A stretch of 45,562 nucleotides of DNA, from positions 1 through 45,562 of the IMG/VR virus record IMGVR_UViG_3300029705_000023; one strand, 5' to 3'. Of the stretch, positions 38,071 through 45,562 are shown piece after piece. The first letter of the stretch is position 1. Every line of letters starts with the position of its first letter. The notes beneath the pieces were generated by a model. It saw only the letters and a list, made by a program, of their open reading frames with translations, was not told where the DNA came from and did not search any database. The translations under genes were made by a program, and so were the position numbers. This stretch comes from a virus. Lineage: Duplodnaviria > Heunggongvirae > Uroviricota > Caudoviricetes.

Positions 38071-38938
38071 AATAGACGAAGAAGTACTGAAACTGACCTC
38101 TCAGAACAGGGATGAAAACGAAAGCCACCGGCAGGCGTTGGATGACATCCGCGATTATGGCTGGATGCCCGAGTATCAGTCGCTGTTGGCGGACCTTGCG
38201 AGTGATGACCTTGCCGCGGTGGCAAAGTTCTATCATGCCGGCGAGACCGTCCGCAGCATTAAGACGAACAATGCGGAACGGGACGCCCGACGCATTCTTA
38301 ACACATTCAGCGCCACAAAGAAGCTGAATGCCCGGCTTATGACGGCAGCGTACAAGTTTTCTCAGGAGATGGCGGATTACGTGGACCGGATCCAGGACCT
38401 CTATAATGAGGAACTGGATTACCGCGTCAATCAGACCCATCTACAGTATGTGATGGTGGATTATCTGGATCCGGATGAACGCTTGTCTTATCTGACCCGT
38501 GCGGTCAACGAGGGTTTGTCGCCGATCAAGCTCCAGAAGCTGATCAAGGCGGAGACCGGCAGAGCCGGAGGTTCAGGACGAGCCCATCAGCGCCCGGAGT
38601 CGAGGGAGCAGCTGCTTATCCAGATCCAGGAAGTGGCGCAGAAGTTCATCGACAAAGACAGTAAGGTCTGGAGTGCTCCGGAAAATCCTGCACTTCTTCT
38701 CCTTCAGAATACAGAGGGTGTTGACGAAGTGCTTCGTTCCGAAGTGACAAATACACTGCATGTACTTACGGAACTGAAGAGTATTTGTACACGAATGATA
38801 CCGGTGTTTCAGGCGTTGGACAGCAAGTATCTGGACGCCTATCTGAGTCAGGAGCAGACACAGGAGTCTTCTGCCGTCAGCGATCTGCGGAGGGTTTCGC
38901 GCCAGACAGTTCTTAATCAGGTAGTCACAGAGGACTGA
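38063..38938 (+). CDS. helical DNA-binding-like protein (ParB/DUF1016-N-like)
   Basis: QTHL...DPDERLSYLTRAVNEGLSPIKLQKLI resembles the DUF1016/ParB-type helical region. Confidence 0.5.
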   Translation: MSRIDEEVLKLTSQNRDENESHRQALDDIRDYGWMPEYQSLLADLASDDLAAVAKFYHAGETVRSIKTNNAERDARRILNTFSATKKLNARLMTAAYKFSQEMADYVDRIQDLYNEELDYRVNQTHLQYVMVDYLDPDERLSYLTRAVNEGLSPIKLQKLIKAETGRAGGSGRAHQRPESREQLLIQIQEVAQKFIDKDSKVWSAPENPALLLLQNTEGVDEVLRSEVTNTLHVLTELKSICTRMIPVFQALDSKYLDAYLSQEQTQESSAVSDLRRVSRQTVLNQVVTED

Positions 38939-39813
38939 TGAAAAGTATCACATTACAGAAACGCGCCGCGGACCTGACGGATAAGGTTCGCGGCTTTTTT
39001 AACGGCGTGCCGGAGGAACGTGTACTGACCGAGGCTGCTTATTCCCGTCTGGCGGAAACGCTGGCGCGGCATATCGGGGCGGAGGCGTACACGGTCTTTC
39101 GCACGGGAACCTGCTTTATTGGGAAACCGCAGTCGCGGGAGACAGTGTACAGCTTCGTGTACTATCTTCTGGCGAATCAGGATGCCATGCGGCGCGGAAA
39201 GGTTTTGTCGGCGGACGGGTCCATGACGGTTCGGGAGCGGATAGAGGTCCGCTGCGTGAACGTCAGGTACGATGATCCGGATCATGTGATCGTTGTCTGT
39301 CAGGCGATGACGGGTGTAGCCGCGAATCGGAGGATCCGCGTTCGTTTGACTCTGAGCGCAGCGTATTTCTGGCTGACGAAGCTGGGGTATTCCAGTAATC
39401 CGGAGGATCCGTTTTCCTATCCGTACCCGAGTACTGCATTTCCGGGACTGTATGGGGCGTTATCCATTGAGCAGGATGAGGAAAGCAGATCGCGAATTCC
39501 CGTCTGGCTCATTAAAACAGAGGAAGATCTTTCGATAAAGACATTTAATCGAAAGCATATTCTTTCTCTTCGGAATGGCACAGCTGCCTGTCCGTTTGGC
39601 AGGGATGATCAGGTGGCGGATAATAATTTCGGGTATTGCGTCCGGGAATGCCCGAACGGCTGGCGTACCTGTTCCGGGTCGGGGCATGAAAGCGCGTACA
39701 TGGAAGGTGAATGCGTTTTCTGCCGTCGAACGGGACTTTTAGAGGTTGAAGCTCCGGAGCATCGGTGCGTGCAGTGCCAGCTTCAGGAGGACGGGATACT
39801 GGAAAACGAATGA
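38938..39813 (+). CDS. hypothetical protein with Cys-rich C-terminus
   Basis: CPFG..C...C....C and CVFC...CVQC; translationally coupled. Confidence 0.6.
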   Translation: MKSITLQKRAADLTDKVRGFFNGVPEERVLTEAAYSRLAETLARHIGAEAYTVFRTGTCFIGKPQSRETVYSFVYYLLANQDAMRRGKVLSADGSMTVRERIEVRCVNVRYDDPDHVIVVCQAMTGVAANRRIRVRLTLSAAYFWLTKLGYSSNPEDPFSYPYPSTAFPGLYGALSIEQDEESRSRIPVWLIKTEEDLSIKTFNRKHILSLRNGTAACPFGRDDQVADNNFGYCVRECPNGWRTCSGSGHESAYMEGECVFCRRTGLLEVEAPEHRCVQCQLQEDGILENE

Positions 39814-40184
39814 TAGAAGTAATCTGGTTTTTGCTGGTATGCACTGTCGTTCAGATCGGAGTCCTCCGGCTATGGTTTGACTCCTATCTGTTTCATCCTG
39901 TTCAGGAAAGGCTTCCGAAGCTGGAAGCGATGGATTTTCCATGGAACTGGATAGGATACATGCTTCAGTGCTGGCAATGTTTTGGAGTATGGGTCGGCTG
40001 CGGTGTCGTCTTCCTGATGACGTATCTGCCTCGTTCGCCGGTAACGTCAAGGAACCCGCTGATCCTGCTCTGTCTTGGTATTGCGGTCGGACTTCTGTCC
40101 GAACTGTTCGAGTACTTTGTCCTGAGCAGGATGCCGCTTCGTGATTTTAACAGAAAGGAAAAGGAAGAAGATGATTCTTTATAG
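39810..40184 (+). CDS. DUF1360-like membrane protein
   Basis: Three TM segments and GYMLQCWQCFGVWVG. Confidence 0.65.
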   Translation: MIEVIWFLLVCTVVQIGVLRLWFDSYLFHPVQERLPKLEAMDFPWNWIGYMLQCWQCFGVWVGCGVVFLMTYLPRSPVTSRNPLILLCLGIAVGLLSELFEYFVLSRMPLRDFNRKEKEEDDSL

Positions 40185-40740
40185 CTATACCACACCCGGC
40201 GGAATGTGGCTGGGGGTTCCTGAAAAGAATGTAGCGGACAGGATCCGGGACTATCAGGAGCGTAACGGCGTGACAGGCGTTTTCGGGATGCTTGACGAGA
40301 ATGTTTACGTGCCTCTTCGGCGTGAGAGGGATCTGGACGCGCTGAGATTTGCCGTTATTAATAACGGAGAAGGGGAAACGTTCAGTCTGGTGGGACTGTC
40401 GATCCTGACGGAGAAGGAGCTGATCGCGAACTACATCCTTTCTGCGCCGGAAGAGGAAGCGCTGACGGTGCAGGACCTGGGTGCGCCGGCTTCTGTGACG
40501 GAGGCGGAGGATGATCATGTCTCGTCGGATGAGGAGGCGGAGGAAGATCTTGAGGAACAGGAGAAAGATTTCGATGAGGAGCTTCCGGAAGGGACGTACC
40601 GCTGTGCGTGGTGTCACGCCACGTTTACGGATTGGGATCTGGAGGACCCGAACTGTCCTGCTGTTGTTGATTACGATGGGAAGGATTTCTGCTGTTTTGA
40701 CCACGTGTCTGAGTTTATGTTTAACGGTTATGCTCCATAG
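40171..40740 (+). CDS. hypothetical acidic protein with C-terminal Zn finger
   Basis: CAWC...FCCFDH; acidic linker. Confidence 0.6.
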   Translation: MILYSYTTPGGMWLGVPEKNVADRIRDYQERNGVTGVFGMLDENVYVPLRRERDLDALRFAVINNGEGETFSLVGLSILTEKELIANYILSAPEEEALTVQDLGAPASVTEAEDDHVSSDEEAEEDLEEQEKDFDEELPEGTYRCAWCHATFTDWDLEDPNCPAVVDYDGKDFCCFDHVSEFMFNGYAP

Positions 40741-41047
40741 AACTTGCGATTGGCGAAAAGATACTCCGTCCCGGAAAAGACCGCTTCGTGACAGCGGAAA
40801 GATCAAGGCGTATCGAGGCGCGAGGTTTCAATTTATTCGTCTTGGAGAGGGATGGGTCGTTACTGACCTGTATCCTTACGACGAGGATTACATTTTCCGA
40901 AGAGGCGGGAAGTATATTTATGTGCGGAAGATACTTCTGGAGACGACAGATCGGTCTGTCGCGGAAGGTTATTTGAAACTCGCGCAGCGCTGGGATGCGG
41001 ACTGGGCTTCCGGGAAGAAGAAAGTTCCGAAAACAGTTGACATCTGA
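40730..41047 (+). CDS. small basic hypothetical protein
   Basis: Overlaps the upstream stop; fills the gap before the tRNAs. Confidence 0.45.
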   Translation: MLHRTCDWRKDTPSRKRPLRDSGKIKAYRGARFQFIRLGEGWVVTDLYPYDEDYIFRRGGKYIYVRKILLETTDRSVAEGYLKLAQRWDADWASGKKKVPKTVDI

Positions 41048-41064
41048 AAGGAAAGGAATATAAA
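41037..41064 (+). promoter_or_regulatory. sigma70-type promoter for the tRNA cluster
   Basis: TTGACA-N16-TATAAA about 10 nt before the first tRNA. Confidence 0.55.
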
Positions 41065-41074
41065 AATAATAAAG

Positions 41075-41158
41075 GTCCGGGTGGCGGAATTGGCAGACGC
41101 AAGGGACTTAAAATCCCTTATCCGACAGGATGTGCGGGTTCAAGTCCCGCTCCGGACA
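41075..41158 (+). tRNA. tRNA-Leu(TAA)
   Basis: GTCCGGG/TCCGGAC acceptor, AGGGA-CTTAAAA-TCCCT anticodon arm, long variable arm, GCGGG-TTCAAGT-CCCGC T arm. Confidence 0.92.
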
Positions 41159-41163
41159 GAACA

Positions 41164-41236
41164 GCTGGAGTAGCTCAACGGGCAGAGCACCGCTCTTGTA
41201 AAGCGGATGTTGCAGGTTCGATTCCTGTCTTCAGCT
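41164..41236 (+). tRNA. tRNA-Thr(TGT)
   Basis: GCTGGAG/CTTCAGC acceptor, CCGCT-CTTGTAA-AGCGG anticodon arm, GCAGG-TTCGATT-CCTGT T arm. Confidence 0.92.
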
Positions 41237-41252
41237 CTATACTTCGCTGGTC

Positions 41253-41326
41253 GTGCGCGTAGTTCAGGCTGGATCAGAACAGGTGCTTTACTGCACCAGA
41301 CGAGGGTTCAAATCCCTCCGTGCATG
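41253..41326 (+). tRNA. tRNA-like element with aberrant anticodon loop (TTTACT)
   Basis: Normal acceptor, D arm (GTTC/GAAC) and T arm (GAGGG-TTCAAAT-CCCTC). Anticodon arm GGTGC-TTTACT-GCACC has a 6-nt loop. Confidence 0.7.
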
Positions 41327-41447
41327 ATTTCTGTCAGGGCAGAAAATCCCGGGACAGAATGATATGTGTAATCTCTCCACCGATAGACAGACGTCGAACG
41401 GGTTGGATACCGCGTGGCATGAGCTGGATGTCTGTCAGCCAAAGTTT

Positions 41448-41520
41448 CCTTCTGTAGCTCAGCGGATAGAGTACCGCGTTTACACCGCGGGTGTCACTGG
41501 TTCAAATCCAGTCGGAAGGA
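41448..41520 (+). tRNA. tRNA-Val(TAC)
   Basis: CCTTCTG/CGGAAGG acceptor, CCGCG-TTTACAC-CGCGG anticodon arm, ACTGG-TTCAAAT-CCAGT T arm. Confidence 0.9.
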
Positions 41521-41532
41521 TTATTAATAACC

Positions 41533-41607
41533 GGTTCGCAGTCCCGCCGGTTGCGGGAGGGGATCTTATAAGTCCTTTTAAGGAAGGTTCGACTCCTTCG
41601 CGAACTA
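41533..41607 (+). tRNA. non-canonical tRNA-Ile(TAT)
   Basis: GGTTCGC/GCGAACT acceptor, 6-bp D stem TCCCGC/GCGGGA, GGGAT-CTTATAA-GTCCT anticodon arm, GAAGG-TTCGACT-CCTTC T arm. Confidence 0.8.
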
Positions 41608-41633
41608 CTGGTTTTTCAAGGAAAGGAACGATT

Positions 41634-41918
41634 ATGGATGTGATCCAGAGGTACGACCGGATCGCTGCGGAAATGCGCGAGACGTTCGTAAGAAAAAATC
41701 ATGACTATGGTAATTCGGTTTTTCAGAGTCCCGAGATGGCTCCGGATATTCAGCCGGAGGAAGCGGTCCGGGTACGGATCTCGGACAAACTCGGGCGGCT
41801 GAAAACGCTTCTGTCCGGGGAACAGGCACAGGTGAGTGAATCGATCCGGGATACCTATGCGGATCTGGTCAATTATCTGATCATTCTGCTTATGATACTG
41901 GACTCTCCGGAGAGTTGA
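41634..41918 (+). CDS. DUF1599 / nucleotide-modification-associated helical domain protein
   Basis: RKNHDYGNS...RISDKLGRL...ESIRDTYADLVNY. Confidence 0.8.
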   Translation: MDVIQRYDRIAAEMRETFVRKNHDYGNSVFQSPEMAPDIQPEEAVRVRISDKLGRLKTLLSGEQAQVSESIRDTYADLVNYLIILLMILDSPES

Positions 41919-41932
41919 TCCAACTACGCTTG

Positions 41933-41960
41933 CCCGCGGAACGGTTCCGCGGGTTTTTTA
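41933..41960 (+). terminator. rho-independent terminator
   Basis: CCCGCGGAAC-GGTTCCGCGGG followed by TTTTTT. Confidence 0.8.
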
Positions 41961-41987
41961 TTGGTTTTATTTGAAAGGACAGGAGAT

Positions 41988-42086
41988 ATGGAGTTCAAGG
42001 AATATCACAAGATCCCGTCTGCCTATAAGCTGGACGCGGCAGCGAAAAAGTACACACGGGAGTTCAGCTCGAAGGAGTATCTGTAA
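41988..42086 (+). pseudogene. 32-codon ORF resembling the N-terminus of a phage RNA ligase
   Basis: SD AGGAG; MEFKEYHKIPSAYKLDAAAKKYTREFSSKEYL*; TAATG coupling to the next gene. Confidence 0.4.
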
Positions 42087-42574
42087 TGGGCGCGGTATGG
42101 GATCCAGACGCGCCGAATGTCTCGAAGCAGGTGATCTTTGAGCAGTCTTCGGTGCGGCAGATGCACAAGAACTGGTTCAAGACGGTTCATTGGCATGCGG
42201 TAAAGAAGCTGTGTCCGGAACCCACGGTAACATGGGACTGGTATTCGCAGCAGATCACGTTCTCTGGGGAAGAGCCGTACCTGACTTTTATCCGGTCGGA
42301 GAAGATGTGGTCGTATGACCTGCACCGGCTGCTTTCAACGCACATCGAAAAGCTGCCTTTCCTGAAAGAGTGGGAGGAGCAGCCGTCCGACGCGTTGTTC
42401 TTTCCGCTCATTGGGCGGTTTGGTGTTGTGTATAAGCCGCCGATGATCCCGGAGGGGGATTGCTTGGTGAAGTACACAAAAGGAGGAGAGCCTATCGTTG
42501 TTTCGACGGTTGAAGTATGGGCTGCCCGGTTTTCGGTAACTGGTTTTGAGGAGCTGGACTATGGCAAACAATAA
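42086..42574 (+). CDS. hypothetical protein
   Basis: Coupled start; in operon. Confidence 0.55.
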   Translation: MGAVWDPDAPNVSKQVIFEQSSVRQMHKNWFKTVHWHAVKKLCPEPTVTWDWYSQQITFSGEEPYLTFIRSEKMWSYDLHRLLSTHIEKLPFLKEWEEQPSDALFFPLIGRFGVVYKPPMIPEGDCLVKYTKGGEPIVVSTVEVWAARFSVTGFEELDYGKQ

Positions 42575-43094
42575 GGAATTGCTGGATTTTCTTCAGAAGT
42601 ATCATGCGTCGATCGGTTTTGGAAAAATGCCGAATTACGCCCCGCAGCATGATCTGAAAAATCTCGGGGTCATTTGTATCGAAGAGATGTACGAGGATCT
42701 GTCCGCGGAAGAGTATGACGAGTTTGTTCGTCAGTGGGTCAAGACGTTTGGTCTTGAACGGGAGGATATGCTGGACGGGTACAGGAGGTTCATTCAGATG
42801 AACAAGTGCATCATCGGAGAGAGCAAAACGGATACGGTGGCACAGGCCGCGGAAGTATCCGGATACGCGGAAGTCCCTATGGAGATCAAGGCGCTTATCG
42901 ACGCGCTTTTTGGACGCGCTTGTCTTGCCGCATATTGGTATGCAGTCCGCGATGTGACAGTTGAAGGTAAAACGCCGGCATTCATCAACTACCATAAGCT
43001 GGAGAATCTTTTCAAAGAGACGCTGAACGCGATCGAGGGTATCGAGAGCAAAAAGGGGAACAAGCTGCGAAAGGAGATGGAGGATGATGAGTGA
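42561..43094 (+). CDS. hypothetical protein
   Basis: SD GAGGAG before ATG 42561. Confidence 0.6.
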   Translation: MANNKELLDFLQKYHASIGFGKMPNYAPQHDLKNLGVICIEEMYEDLSAEEYDEFVRQWVKTFGLEREDMLDGYRRFIQMNKCIIGESKTDTVAQAAEVSGYAEVPMEIKALIDALFGRACLAAYWYAVRDVTVEGKTPAFINYHKLENLFKETLNAIEGIESKKGNKLRKEMEDDE

Positions 43095-44004
43095 CGAGAA
43101 GATCTGTATCGACGGAGGAGGTTTTGTTCAGCTCCTTGACGTGATGGGGTCCGACCATACGATTGCTTCGTCGGCGAGAGTATGCACCGGGAAAGATGAG
43201 GTGGATGACGTGCGGGATGAAAAGCTGATCCGCTATCTGTTTCGTCATCGGCACACGTCGCCGTTTGAGATGGCGGAGATGAGGTTCCTCATTCGTTGCC
43301 CGATCTATGTCATGCGGCAGTGGGTACGGCATAGGACCGCTTCGATCAACGAGGTATCCCTGCGGTACACGGAGTCGGACTGCGAGTTTGAGTCGATTGC
43401 GGAGGATCTGTGGTACCGGCAGTCCCTTGAGAATCGGCAGGGCGGAGGCGCTTTTTTCCCTGCGGAAGACGGGTGCCGTTTTCAGCAGATGGAAGCAGCT
43501 GCCTATGAAGAGTCTATACAGGCGTACCGTGCGCTGCTTGACGAGGGAGTGAGCCGCGAGCTGGCGCGCAGAGTATTGCCTGTATCGGTATTTACGACCT
43601 TCGTATGGAAGATCGACCTGCATAACCTGCTTCATTTCCTTGACTTGCGTTTGGATCCCTCGGCGCAGCTCGCGATCCGGGAGTACGCGAAGGCAATAAA
43701 GGCGCACGTCATGTATTATTTTCCGCAAACCTATTGTGCTTTTGAGGATTACCAGCTGGAGGCGGTTACGCTGAGCAGCCTGGAACAGCAGTGTCTGTTC
43801 GAGCTTCTTAAGTATCACGGCAGGATCGACATGGCAGGTGTCATGAAGTACTGGCGGAACGACGTTGGTATACTGGTTGGCGACGCACGCTGTCGGGAAC
43901 GGGATGAGTTTGCGGCGAAACTTAGAAAAATGAAGTTGTTGGAGGAGCCGGATGGCGGAGAAGGATCCCAGGAAGGTGAAGATCGGACGAAAGTCGAGGA
44001 ATAA
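43084..44004 (+). CDS. thyX: FAD-dependent thymidylate synthase
   Basis: HTSPFE, RQWVRHRTASINEVSLRY (RHRx7SxR), RELAR, LRLDPSAQLAIR. Confidence 0.93.
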   Translation: MMSDEKICIDGGGFVQLLDVMGSDHTIASSARVCTGKDEVDDVRDEKLIRYLFRHRHTSPFEMAEMRFLIRCPIYVMRQWVRHRTASINEVSLRYTESDCEFESIAEDLWYRQSLENRQGGGAFFPAEDGCRFQQMEAAAYEESIQAYRALLDEGVSRELARRVLPVSVFTTFVWKIDLHNLLHFLDLRLDPSAQLAIREYAKAIKAHVMYYFPQTYCAFEDYQLEAVTLSSLEQQCLFELLKYHGRIDMAGVMKYWRNDVGILVGDARCRERDEFAAKLRKMKLLEEPDGGEGSQEGEDRTKVEE

Positions 44005-44329
44005 AGGAGCGCGGGGTGAACGCGAAGCGGCAGCGGAGCTGGAAAAGCTCTTTGAAGGCGAAGGGTTCCATCGCGGAAGACAATACCACGGCGGACCCGG
44101 TACGCCAGACATATGCACTCCTCTTGAGGGGGTTCATTTTGAAATAAAACGGACGGAATCCCTGAGCCTGTATCCGGCAATGGATCAGGCGAGATCGGAT
44201 TCCAAGGACACAGAGGTCCCGGTTGTCATGCACCGGCGCAGTCATAAACCGTGGCTCGTTGTTGTGGAGCTGGACCGGCTTCCGGAACTGATCCGGAATC
44301 TGTATCCGAAGCTGAAGAATGAGACGTAA
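43952..44329 (+). CDS. PD-(D/E)XK Holliday junction resolvase-like nuclease
   Basis: SRNKGARGERE...TPDI...FEIK...PVVMHRR. Confidence 0.75.
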   Translation: MAEKDPRKVKIGRKSRNKGARGEREAAAELEKLFEGEGFHRGRQYHGGPGTPDICTPLEGVHFEIKRTESLSLYPAMDQARSDSKDTEVPVVMHRRSHKPWLVVVELDRLPELIRNLYPKLKNET

Positions 44330-44338
44330 TGAACAGTT

Positions 44339-44370
44339 GCCGCCTGGAGTACTTCCGGCGGCTCTTTTTA
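44339..44370 (+). terminator. possible terminator
   Basis: GCCGCCTGGAG...TTCCGGCGGC followed by TCTTTTT. Confidence 0.5.
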
Positions 44371-44381
44371 TGGAGGACAAT

Positions 44382-44858
44382 ATGAAAATCAATGGTTTTC
44401 TGTCGGAATTGGAGAAGACGGTGCTGCGTCACATGATGCGGTACGAGGGCATTCCGGAAGACAGCGTGTGCCTGGACGGGGTGCAGACGGAAATTCCGGA
44501 GGATCTGGTGTATGATCTTGAGTGCGCTAAATGGCGTCCTGTACAGGATGGTTCTGTTCGTGCTTTTATGTACTACAAGGATACGCTGAGATTCTTTCAG
44601 GAGAATGAGCTGGTGCTGCTGCGCTGGCTCACACGAGAATGCAGGTATGACTCCTGGTATGACCGGCTGCGGTCGTTAGCTCCATGCCTGCATGGTCTCA
44701 GCGACGACGAACTGGATCTTGGCTGGGATGGAGAGGATCCTGAGCTGGAGATCGTGGTCCAGAATGCGATCGCGATGGCTGCCGCGCAGGACGCGGTAAA
44801 TACCTTGCAGGCTAAGTGTTTGGAAAACGATAACGAGGAGGAAAAAGACAATGACTAA
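44382..44858 (+). CDS. hypothetical acidic protein
   Basis: SD GGAGG; FMYYKDTLRFF motif. Confidence 0.6.
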   Translation: MKINGFLSELEKTVLRHMMRYEGIPEDSVCLDGVQTEIPEDLVYDLECAKWRPVQDGSVRAFMYYKDTLRFFQENELVLLRWLTRECRYDSWYDRLRSLAPCLHGLSDDELDLGWDGEDPELEIVVQNAIAMAAAQDAVNTLQAKCLENDNEEEKDND

Positions 44859-45504
44859 GACTCACGCTCACGCATTGATGAATCATATTCTGACCACGCA
44901 GACAGGATTTTACCCGGTCATTCTGACCGGTGTGTGGTCTCTGGTTCAGGGCTGGGAGCAGCGGGTGAAAGCACCGGAGGCTCCGGCTAACTATAAAGAT
45001 CCGGCAAAGATCGAGGAGTACTGCGCGAAAAAGCGCAAAACGCTTTATCAGGATGTTCTGGCGAACTGTCCCAGCCTGTGGCATATTCACGCGCTGCATT
45101 TGCACGTTCCGTTTGAGCTTTCTGTAGAGTTGCCTGAAGGACTGGATCTGACAGGCGTGCTGGATTGCCTCTTCGGTCCGGAAGCGCTCTTTGGATTTGA
45201 CAGGATCGTCGTTTTGGGCGACAATGCAGATAAGCTGCTTCGGGCGGCTTATCTTCGGGAGTCCGAGGACTACGATCATCAGCGTGTCGCAACGCTGGTA
45301 GCTGCCAGGAAGATCCCTACGATGACGCCGGAGTCGCTGCTGTTTACGGCAGACGAACGAAAAATGCTGTTGGATACGACACCCGTTCATACTTCGGAGG
45401 AAGCGGAATTCCAATACATTCACTCCCTTCTCTGCCGTTATTTTGGAAAACGGTTTGAGACTATGGAGTGTTACGAAAATGCGGGAAGAGAAAACATTTG
45501 CTGA
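44851..45504 (+). CDS. degenerate 3'-5' exonuclease-like protein
   Basis: APANYKDPAKI motif typical of stand-alone PolB-related exonucleases; acidic catalytic motifs not evident. Confidence 0.45.
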   Translation: MTKTHAHALMNHILTTQTGFYPVILTGVWSLVQGWEQRVKAPEAPANYKDPAKIEEYCAKKRKTLYQDVLANCPSLWHIHALHLHVPFELSVELPEGLDLTGVLDCLFGPEALFGFDRIVVLGDNADKLLRAAYLRESEDYDHQRVATLVAARKIPTMTPESLLFTADERKMLLDTTPVHTSEEAEFQYIHSLLCRYFGKRFETMECYENAGRENIC

Positions 45505-45562
45505 TCTTGGGAATACGAAATATACCTGGACAGGTCTGACGGCGAAGGAGTATCAGGCGTTT

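Larger units (their letters stand above)
6239..41531. repeat. dispersed 12-bp palindrome GTTATTAATAAC (about 12 copies)
   Basis: Perfect at 21236, 36506, 40354. One mismatch at 10878, 22749, 25507, 27203, 31666, 41520. Two mismatches at 6239, 8381, 15988. Confidence 0.85.

Noticed and set aside
41364-41633. N-terminal extension of ORF 41364-41918
   Set aside because: It overlaps two tRNA genes; the real start is ATG 41634 with an SD.
1-45562. Prophage/integrase, CRISPR array, DGR or retron
   Set aside because: No integrase, reverse transcriptase, cas gene or repeat-spacer array is visible in the window.

Overview
The window is a ~45.6 kb piece of a large lytic dsDNA tailed-phage genome in the standard genetic code. 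The host is tentatively a planctomycete (inference from gene families). The left part is a head module: Gly-zipper membrane proteins, an acidic scaffold-like protein, a decoration-like protein, the major capsid protein, a neck-like protein and terminase large subunit. Many of these proteins carry a recurring K-x-A motif. A lower-GC cassette of three permuted papain-like (His...N-C) proteins sits inside this module; one is split by an in-frame TGA. Next come a Ycf46-like AAA/DUF1257/DUF2997 cluster, then an apparently catalytically dead rolling-circle Rep_1-like gene beside a highly structured origin-like intergenic region. A complete replication/recombination operon follows (SbcD/SbcC-like, thioredoxin, SF2 helicase, DnaB-like, primase, sigma factor, UDG-fused PolA, SSB-like, RecA). 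The right end has a tRNA cluster with two non-canonical tRNAs, ThyX and a Holliday-junction resolvase. The strongest unexplained signal is an AT-rich 12-bp palindrome, GTTATTAATAAC, found about 12 times, often about 5 kb apart, both inside genes and between them. All family calls come from motif recognition by eye, not database searches.
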